Positions 55,990 to 64,000 of a stretch of 64,000 bases of DNA are shown here, in pieces. Position numbers and translations under genes: made by a program. How positions within the stretch are numbered: the stretch's first letter is position 1; every line of letters begins with the position of its first letter. A model generated the notes under the pieces. That model worked only from the letters and a program-made list of their open reading frames with translations. It made no database searches and was not told the origin of the DNA. The stretch lies in the NCBI RefSeq assembly GCF_009914755.1, contig NC_060942.1. One strand, 5' to 3'. Origin of the DNA: the human T2T-CHM13v2.0 reference genome, Homo sapiens.

Positions 55990-57890
55990 CCTCCTTAACC
56001 ATTTAAGAGAAAAAGGGCTACAGGTTTCAAAGGGAAAGCTCTAATTTGTAGAGCCTGGAGTTAAATACTTAGGGCACTCAATAAGTAAAGGCAAATGAAT
56101 AATAGGACCTGAGCGAGTTGAAGGAATTGTGTTCTTACCTTTGCCTAAAACGAAGCAGGAACTCAGGAGTTTTTTAGGATTAACTGGATATTGCCACTTA
56201 TGGATTGACTCATATGCCCCAAAGACAAAATCCCGTACTTAAAGCTTACCCAAGAAAAACATGACCCTCTCCTGTGGACTTCTGAAGAGATCCACCAGGT
56301 TGAAGAACTAAAAGAGCAGCTCATAACTGCCCCTGTCTTAGCCCTTAGCCTTACCTTCCTAGAAAAGCTGTTTCACCTTTTCATTAATGTAAACAAGTGG
56401 GTAGCTTAAGGGTACTTTCCCAAGAACATGGGGGGCCACTGGCAACCTGTAGCCTTTCTATCAAAGGTTTTAGACCCAGTAATCTGTGGATGGCCCGAAT
56501 GTGTTCAACCTATTGCAGTCACCGCCTTATTAACTGAAGAAAGCAGAAAGCTAACCTTTGGGGGAAATTTGGTTGTAAGCATGCCCCATCAAGTTAGAAA
56601 TATTTTAAACCAGAAAGCAGGAAGATGGCTCACAGACTCAAGGATTTTAAAGCATGAAACTATCCTATTAGAAAGAGATGATTTAATACTAACCACTGAT
56701 AATTCATTTAACACAGCAAGTTTCCTAACAGGGAATCCAAATCTAAAAGTACCTGAGAATCAGTGTTTAGATTTAATTGATTATTATACAAAAGTCAGGC
56801 CCAATTTAAGAGAGACCCCTTTCAAAACAGGGCAGCACTTATTTATGGATGGCTCTTCCCAGGTAACTGAAGGAAAAGGACATAACGGGTATTCAGTAGT
56901 TGATGGGGAAGCTCTCGCAGAAATATAGTCAGGAAGATGGGCTAATAACTGGTCCACCCAAACTTGTAAATTGTTTGCATTAAATCAGGCTTTGAAACAC
57001 TTGCAAAAACCAGGAAGGGACTATTTATACTGATTCCAAGTATGCCTTCAGGGTAGCTCACAACTTTGGAAAAATTTGGACTGAACGAGGTCTCATTAAT
57101 AGCAAAGGCCAAGACCTTGTCTACAAGGAATTAATACTTATTAGTGATGGTAGATCACCTTACTCACTGGGTGGAAGCTATTCCCTTTTCAAGTGCAACT
57201 GCTAATAATGTGGTTAAAGCATTGATTGAAAATATTATACCCAGGTTTGGAGTAATAGAAAATGTTAATTCAGATAATAGGACTCATTTCACTGTGCATG
57301 TCATTAAGAAATTAACCCAAGTGCTAGACATAACATGGGAATACCATACTCCTGGCACCCACCTTCATCAGGCAGAGTGGAGAAAATGAACCAACGTTTG
57401 AACAGCCACTTAACCAAATCAGTCTTAGAGACTCGGTTGCCATGGACTAAATACCTTCCCATTGCCTTGTTAAGAATCTGAACTGCCCCTCAGAAAGATG
57501 TTAGTTTATCCGCTTATGAGATGCTATATGGGTTGCCCTATTTACACTTCACTGCTGACATTCCTAAACAAAAGATCAGTTTATACTTCATCTATCTTCT
57601 TCTTTCTCTCCACTCAGAACTAATGGTCTTTTAGAATAGGTGCCACCCCTAGATTTCCTAGCACACCAGTATCAGCCTGGGGATTACATCCTCCTCAAAA
57701 ACTGGAAAGAAGGAAAATTTGAACCTGCTTGGGAAGGACCCGACCTAGTGCTTCTAACCATCAAGACTGCAGTCTGAACAGCAGAAAGAGGATGGACTCA
57801 TCATACCTGAGTCAAGAAGGCGTCACCACCTCCAGTCGTGGGACATTGTTCCAGGGAAGAGTCCTACCAAACTAAAGCTAAGAAAAATTT
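55990..57890 (+). pseudogene. pol: ERV pol remnant (RT C-terminus, RNase H, integrase)
   Basis: VKYLGH, PVAFLSKVLDPV, RNase H LFMDGSS, and integrase VDHLTHWVEAIP...IIPRFG...SDN. Frameshifts and stops present. Confidence 0.9.
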
Positions 57891-57899
57891 AACCCTTTT

Positions 57900-58486
57900 A
57901 TACCTCCTTTATCCCTTCCATACCCAATGACCACTTGGATGGTCTTCCAGGCACCTGGGCATGAGCTGTATGGTAGTTCTCTTCTAAGGCCCCAGAGCCT
58001 GGGGTAATGAATTCTGCTGAGGTCTCTTTCTCTGCTATTCCCTGAAATCTGACACCCTGCAAGTCAGCCCCCAAGGGCCATCCAGCCTCCATCTCACAAT
58101 GCCAATTTTACCTCGTGTCTCTCACGACAGGGGGAAACCTTAGCATTCCTTGGAGACCTAACAGGATGCAGTCAGCTTAAGCCCTTCCAAGAGCTTACCA
58201 ACCAGTCTGTCTTTATTCCATCCCTAATAACACAGCCCCCAATGGAACAATTAGAAAGGCCTTACGAGGCCTTACCTCTCGCAATTGCTGTAGGTGTTCT
58301 TATTACTGTAGGATACTGCATTATACTCTGTATTTGTGGATTAGTGCAGAAACTTATAGAAACAGCTCTCGTCAAAACCTTTAATTCTTCCACCTTACTC
58401 AGATAAGCTCCTACTTTGAGAAAACCAAGTGTAACGGCAGAGTCAAGACATGCTAAAAAGTTTGAAGAGGAAGAATTTTGAAAATC
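57900..58486 (+). pseudogene. env: ERV env remnant (SU piece joined to TM C-terminus)
   Basis: ANFTSCLSRQG-like SU segment and a hydrophobic IAVGVLITVGYCIILCICGLVQKLIETAL segment before the PPT AAGAAGGGGAAAT. Confidence 0.7.
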
Positions 58487-58499
58487 AAGAAGGGGAAAT

Positions 58500-59008
58500 T
58501 GTTGGATACAGTGAGTTCCTCTTCAAAGGTTCTGCTTGTTCAACTCCCTCGTTCTTTGTCTTCTATTTTCAAAGCCTAACTTCCTTACCTCCTTGCACCT
58601 AGTTACGGTAAACCTTCCAGCTGTTCCCAATCTGTAACTCACATCCATTCCCAATCTGTAATCAACATCCATTCCCAGTCTGTAACGACTCACAGATGTT
58701 CCTCATTTAGCACCCTTCACTCTGAAACTGTTCTTCCCACCACTGTAGCCCCCACCCCTGCTCCATTTGAAGTAGCCAATTGGGGTCAGCTTAGATTGTG
58801 TGGTCTGACTCCAGCCAATGGGGACTGGACACAGCATCAGAGACTAACTGCTTTAGGGATAAAAACTCCTTTCCTCCTTTGCTCAGTGTGCTCTTGCAGT
58901 GACCAGAAGAGTGAGAAGCACCCTTCTGCAGAAGTAAGTTTGCTTTGCTGAGAAATCTTTTGTTCGAGTGCTTGTTTTCTTTGTGACTCTGAGCTCTTAT
59001 TTCCAACA
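58500..59008 (+). mobile_element. 3' LTR (509 bp)
   Basis: Direct repeat of 53834-54535 with only ~3 VNTR units, preceded by a polypurine tract. Confidence 0.95.
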
Positions 59009-59659
59009 GTAATGTAGACTCATTTAATATGTTTGTATCTCATCTGATACATGAGTTTGAAAGCAGTACAAGTCCATCATTTGGATCATCAAAATGAAAA
59101 GATTCCAAGTTGGTTACTACCTACTATGTTCTGTGAAAATTATAATAGCATATTAAAACTCAATGTTAAATCTGAAAGTATTTAATGTTTTTAATAGTCA
59201 CTTTTTAAAAGTGTAAAGACTCAAATGTAAAGACTTGTCTAAAACCATATGGTAGTTCATTTTTGAACTGACAATAGAATCCATATTTCTTAAACACCAA
59301 TCCAGAGCTTCTCTCACTGAATATCACAATCTCTGGAGAATGCTCTCTGTTCTGAATCATAAGATTTAGTGGAGCTATTTTGGCTCATTTATATTATGAT
59401 AATGGCAGGATAGTTTAACTTGTTTGATTCTAGTCAAAAGTAACTATGTTTTGATTTATTTTCTCATTTACTTTTCTCATTATATAGAACAAAAAATATG
59501 TACTCATTCAAAGAACAATTTATTTAATTTTTTACTATTTTCTAAGTACAATGCCAAGTCATGTAGATATGAAGCTGAAGAAAAAGGCCATTTCTTTAAA
59601 AAGCTCATCTGTTTTATATGGAGAGTTTTAAAAGTTATTATATTATAAATACAGATGTC

Positions 59660-59988
59660 ATAATGTTTTCATCAATATTTCTCATCCTCCTTTCATGAAA
59701 TTTCCTCCTTCCTTGAGTGCACATATTGCCGGGACCTTGCCCTGGCTGGTAAACCATAAGCTGGAAATCTGGGTATCATTTCTGAGCAGAAACTTCAAGA
59801 CCTCATGTGGGATTTGCTCATTTTCTTTTTCATTGTTTGACTATCAGAGGAATATAGACATGAAGCTTTCCATAGTTTTTGTAGTAGAACCCTTATGAGA
59901 AGAAAAATGTTTTGGTTTCTGACAAGTTACTGAGATATTGGGCATTATTTGTTACCACAGTATAACCAAAACTATTCTGACTGATAAC
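59660..59988 (+). mobile_element. Old MLT1 (I/J-like) LTR
   Basis: catttctgagcagaaacttcaaga...actgagatattggg...tttgttaccacagtataacc...ctgactgata. Confidence 0.65.
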
Positions 59989-59994
59989 CTGGTA

Positions 59995-60420
59995 AGTGCT
60001 GCAGGGTCCTAGTGAGAAACATGTGGCACTCTCAAAGTAGAAATTTAGAGAAGTTTAATAAAGAAACCATTTACAAACATGAGTGCTGGGTGTAAGAAAT
60101 ATTAAATAGTCTGTAGTGCAATAAATCAGGGCCAAAAATATTTTTCATGATTAATATCTCCAGGCCTGAAAATGTGAGTAAAGGGATACCAGAACTTGAA
60201 GAAAGAGAGAATGTATTCTTCGGATGCATCCATTTCATGATACCTCTGCAGGAAGGGAGTTAAGGGAATTAATACCCCAATCCTACTCTTTCCTCTTTTA
60301 CACCTAGCAATGCTTCCAATAGCTGAACCTAAATGGAGTGGTAGAATGCAGGTCAGCCTCCTGGTCCTTGCAGCAGGCTGGAATGTGGATTTGAAACGGC
60401 ATCTGGAAGATACTGAGCAA
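59995..60420 (-). mobile_element. LTR16C-like ERVL LTR
   Basis: cagggtcctagtgagaaacatgtggcactctcaaa...agtttaataaagaaaccatttacaaa...gtggatttga...gaagatactgagca. Confidence 0.6.
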
Positions 60421-60782
60421 GAGGACATAAATGGACCTATCTACAGATTACTAGAGGAACGCATGAAACAAAACACCTAGAACACGCACAAAAAAGGGGG
60501 GTTTCAAGAAAATTCTGGTTGAATATAACTTGAGTTGAAAAAGCATGCAAGAATTACTTTGGAAAATATATGAAGTTCTTCTAATATGAGGATAGAGAAA
60601 AGCCCAAGAAAATGTAGAATTTTCAGTAATAGAATAATGATGAAGTTTCAGACTAAGGATTTTGAAGTGATAAATTGGAGACAGATGTAGCAGCCAGAAC
60701 AAGGAGGCTTTATAGGTTATATTGAATACATTTTACTTTACCTAAAGAACAAAAGAAAATTCTGAAGATTTAGACACAGTGC

Positions 60783-61119
60783 TGTTGCAGGACATTTCCT
60801 TACTTCAGCTAAAGATGTGGGGTCCTTGTTGGTCGCACGGCCATGAAAATTTAGGCTCGCAGGTGGTTTGAACAGTGAGTAAAGCAGGGTTTTATTGGGC
60901 GAAAAGGAAGAAAAGGGGGAAACAGGGAGTCTTGCTAGGCCAGAGGCCCTGCTAGAGCACTTCCTGCCCACAGCTTGAGTCTCAGATTCCACACAGGAAA
61001 AGGACGGGACAGGCTCAGGCTTCTCCCTGCTGCAAACACTGTGAATTTTCCAAGCCTCCACTTCAGTGGGCAGGCTGGTTGGAGTTTCTACAAGAGCCCC
61101 CTCCCACCTGGCTGTCTCA
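60783..61119 (-). mobile_element. MER61-like ERV1 3' LTR
   Basis: The minus strand begins TGAGACAGCCAGGTGGGAGGGGG and ends ...GCAACA, preceded by the PPT AGGGGGGGAAA (61120-61130). Confidence 0.88.
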
Positions 61120-64000
61120 TTTCCCCCCCTAAAGAAGTACTTCTAACTGCTGTTAGAATAAGGATAAGGATGAAGACTGATCTTGACTGCTTCCTGCTGA
61201 CAGGGGGCACTGTTTTGGGAAAACAACAGTCAGAGCTTCCTCAAAGGCCTATTTAAGCCTTCCCAGCAGAAGGGGCCATCATCAGAGGTTCCAGCTGCAT
61301 GACTATTTGGTGTTCAATGGCCTGAAGGCAGGAATAGGCAAACCGGGTTATTAGAAAACATGTATCAAAACAAAACAAGGGGAAGGTTAAGGATGGCTCA
61401 AAACTTTGAAGGCCTTTTACCAGTTTGCACAGTGAGAGGGAGACCAAAAGTCAAACTGGTTAAAAAACTTTACCCTTTTGTTGGCATATTGGGTTTGTGG
61501 GTGCCCTTCCCCCTAGCCCAATCCTAGGCCAGCCAGTTTAAGACTTGGGAAATTAACTCTTTCCAGTTTGGATGATGTGTCTGAGGGGAGTGTCTCATAA
61601 GATGGAGACACAATTACCTATTACTGAAGAGAGAACCGAGAGAAGAAAGAAAAAAAGAAGGCATTTTTCAAAGGATTCCCAGGGGTTCAGGATGCATTCT
61701 AAAGGGTTGCAGACTGAAGATGAATGACTACCCATCTAGAAAGAGGGGAGCAGGTATCCCTGGTCCCCTTCTCTTCCTAGCAGATACCTGGGGTATGTGA
61801 GGGAGAGAGGGAAGAGCATCCTCCTTCCCTTCTTCCGTCCTTGCATCCCCGAGTCCCAGCAACCTTGGCAGGCACCACCATGAGTGCCAAAGCAGCTTGC
61901 ACCCATGAAGCAGGGAGGGCCTAACGAATAGGAATTATCCGCTCTCACCTATGCCTCTGTCCTCACTACTGTCAGAAGCCTTGGTGTTCCCAAACCTCAT
62001 TTTTGCCATGGATACATGTGGCCTTTATCCATGAGAAACAGGAAGCTTGGGGTTGGCTTAATCGGCAGGAATCAGTTTCACTCACCACACTGCTGTGCCT
62101 TTTAACCTCTGTTGCCATCTGCCTCTGGATCCCTTAGATCCAGTTTTCTTTCTAGGGCTTTAACCTGAAGCTTGAAATTGAGTCTGAGATGAAAACGTGT
62201 CTTGGGGGGATTGCATGGACTCCTCATTATAAGCCGAGTGCTACAGTAAAACTGTGGAACTCTCTCCAACAAGGGAGAGAAAAGGATGTCTTGCAACACA
62301 TCCAGATAACTGGCAGCTATAATTATGCCTGCTAGGATTTGGATGCATGGTGCTTGACTTTGGTTATTTCCCTTTGTCTGACTTTCCCAAAAAGGAAACC
62401 TCCAGGTGATGGGTACCCTGTTTATTCTCTATTCCATCTTCTGGCAGGATTTGCAGGATAATTGCACAGAACTAGAATATTGATCCAGATTTCTACATTA
62501 CCCATCCCTCTTGTTCTTTCTGAGCTGAAACCAGAGATTGCTGGATGGTTCACAGAAACAAGCAGGTTTAGTCTAAAATGTAGTCAAAAACTGAAGAAAA
62601 ACTCATGAGTTTAGAATTTAATTACAAACATATGATCAGTTTTGAAAGAAGATTTCTGTTTCCAGTCTTCATGTTTGTTAAAAAAATCATCATAGGACTG
62701 AGTGGTTTGCAAAATAGACTTTAGTTTCATGCTTTGGCCTGATTATTTGCATAAAGTGCAGCAAAGATAATTATTTCTGCATAGGCCTTTTGGATTGTCT
62801 TTGATGGAAGTCTGTTCCATAAGGAGTCTCAGATGAGACCTTTTAAAGCTGAGCCCAGCCATGGTTTGGTATCCTCAAATACCTGAGTTGAGTGATCCTC
62901 TCCTCTTAAGGCCCAAGATAAACTTGGAGCTCCTAGACCTGTTAGAAAATGACGTTCTTTACTGGCCACAGGTCAGGAACCCTGTAGAGGGACCGCATAG
63001 ATGTGAGTATGAGGCCAGTTTCTCCACCGGGCTTTTATTGCCTCTGCAAGTCAAGATTGACTCCTTAAAGGGAGGCATACCCTTCCAGTCAAAGCCTTGG
63101 TAAAATAACCACTTTCTCCAATTGTGTCCTGTTGCAAAAGAAAAACATGGATTCTTACTGCACTGATGCAAACAACTACATTGCCATAAGTTAAGAATAC
63201 TCACATATTTTCCAAATTCTAGAGGAACCAAGCAGAGAGATATAAACACACCCCAAATCTTGTTCATAGGAGTCTACCTTAATTAATTATTAAAGGCCAT
63301 AAATAGCTCAAAGTAAGCTTCCTTGACTCTGAAAAACAAAACAAGGACCAGCAATATTCCAAGCAAAAGTCAAAAAGGCTTCAACTTTCTGAGTTCAGTC
63401 CATTCAGTTAACTCTGGTTTTGTTTGATATTCATGAAAATTTCAACTCTTCATGAGTCTTGTACATTTTCCTTTATTCCAATATCACAAACTCCAAAGTT
63501 ATCAGAAACCAGATTGTCTCAAATACAATCAGAAATTGTATCTGAGAGCACCTGTCAGAGTCTTATAGTCTATTATAAACTATCTTTTGAAAAGGATCAA
63601 AACAAGACAATTGTCTGTGAAAGCAAAATATCCAGGGTGGTTACAGTTAGAAATACGATTGACAAAGAAGTTTGTTTATCTCTGTGGTTTACAATAACAA
63701 CATAAAAGTCTTAATTATGATTGACAGCATGTACTCAGATATTAGAATTTTAGAAGTCCCATACAATTTTGGAACATACATAAGCATTATTCACCAAGAT
63801 ATAACCTAAAGAAGACTGAGCATCATTTTGGCAATCCCATGTACATAAAAATGTCAAATAATTCTGTTTACCTCTCTTTTCTGGACATTTCAGGGGCCCT
63901 CTGAAATATTCAAAAAGCCAGGTGTCAGGAAAGACAATTTTGAAGCTAAAGTTTTCTTTTGGGAAGGCTGTTAAATATTTGAGGTTTAAAACACTTGATA
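61120..64000 (-). mobile_element. MER61/MER4-group internal sequence, continuing beyond the window
   Basis: Env TM tail remnant CLQAIEHQIVMQLEP (ORF 61253-61447). MER4-group motifs ggcctgattatttgcataaagtgcagcaa and ttgccataagttaagaatactcac. Confidence 0.85.

Larger units (their letters stand above)
53834..59008 (+). mobile_element. HERV-I group provirus (LTR10B-like / HERVIP10), two LTRs, internally deleted, non-coding
   Basis: TGTTGG...CCAACA LTRs at both ends, perfect 4-bp TSD GTAA (53830-53833, 59009-59012), PBS, PPT, and gag/pol/env remnants in order. Confidence 0.95.

Noticed and set aside
56428-56928. 166-aa pol ORF as a possible domesticated gene
   Set aside because: It is flanked by frameshifts and stops and ends within RNase H; ordinary residual open frame.
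53834-61119. Adjacent LTR10 and MER61 LTRs as a p53 enhancer cluster
   Set aside because: Both families include p53-bound subfamilies, but I see no paired RRRCWWGYYY half-sites in these copies.

Overview
This is AT-rich, CpG-depleted primate (hominoid-like) nuclear DNA, intergenic or deep-intronic. I found no host protein-coding exon, RNA gene or CpG island; every ORF I can recognise is a transposon remnant or a chance frame. Much of the window is interspersed repeats: eight near-full-length Alus of J, S and Y age plus an Alu head fragment, many old L1M fragments, L2/MIR, MER44B and MaLR LTRs. It also holds a cluster of three ERV1 solo LTRs, an internally deleted two-LTR HERV-I/LTR10-type provirus (53834-59008) and a MER61 provirus running off the 3' end. 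The most unusual structures are a ~350-bp, ~96%-identical inverted duplication inside a template-switch-like scramble at 13.7-15.9 kb, and a 24-bp VNTR with ~11 units in the 5' LTR versus ~3 in the 3' LTR of the same provirus. Smaller scars include a tailless AluY and an Alu-head/L1 fusion junction. I see no convincing new biological system. Subfamily names come from recalled consensus sequences, not a search, and boundaries of ancient repeats are approximate.
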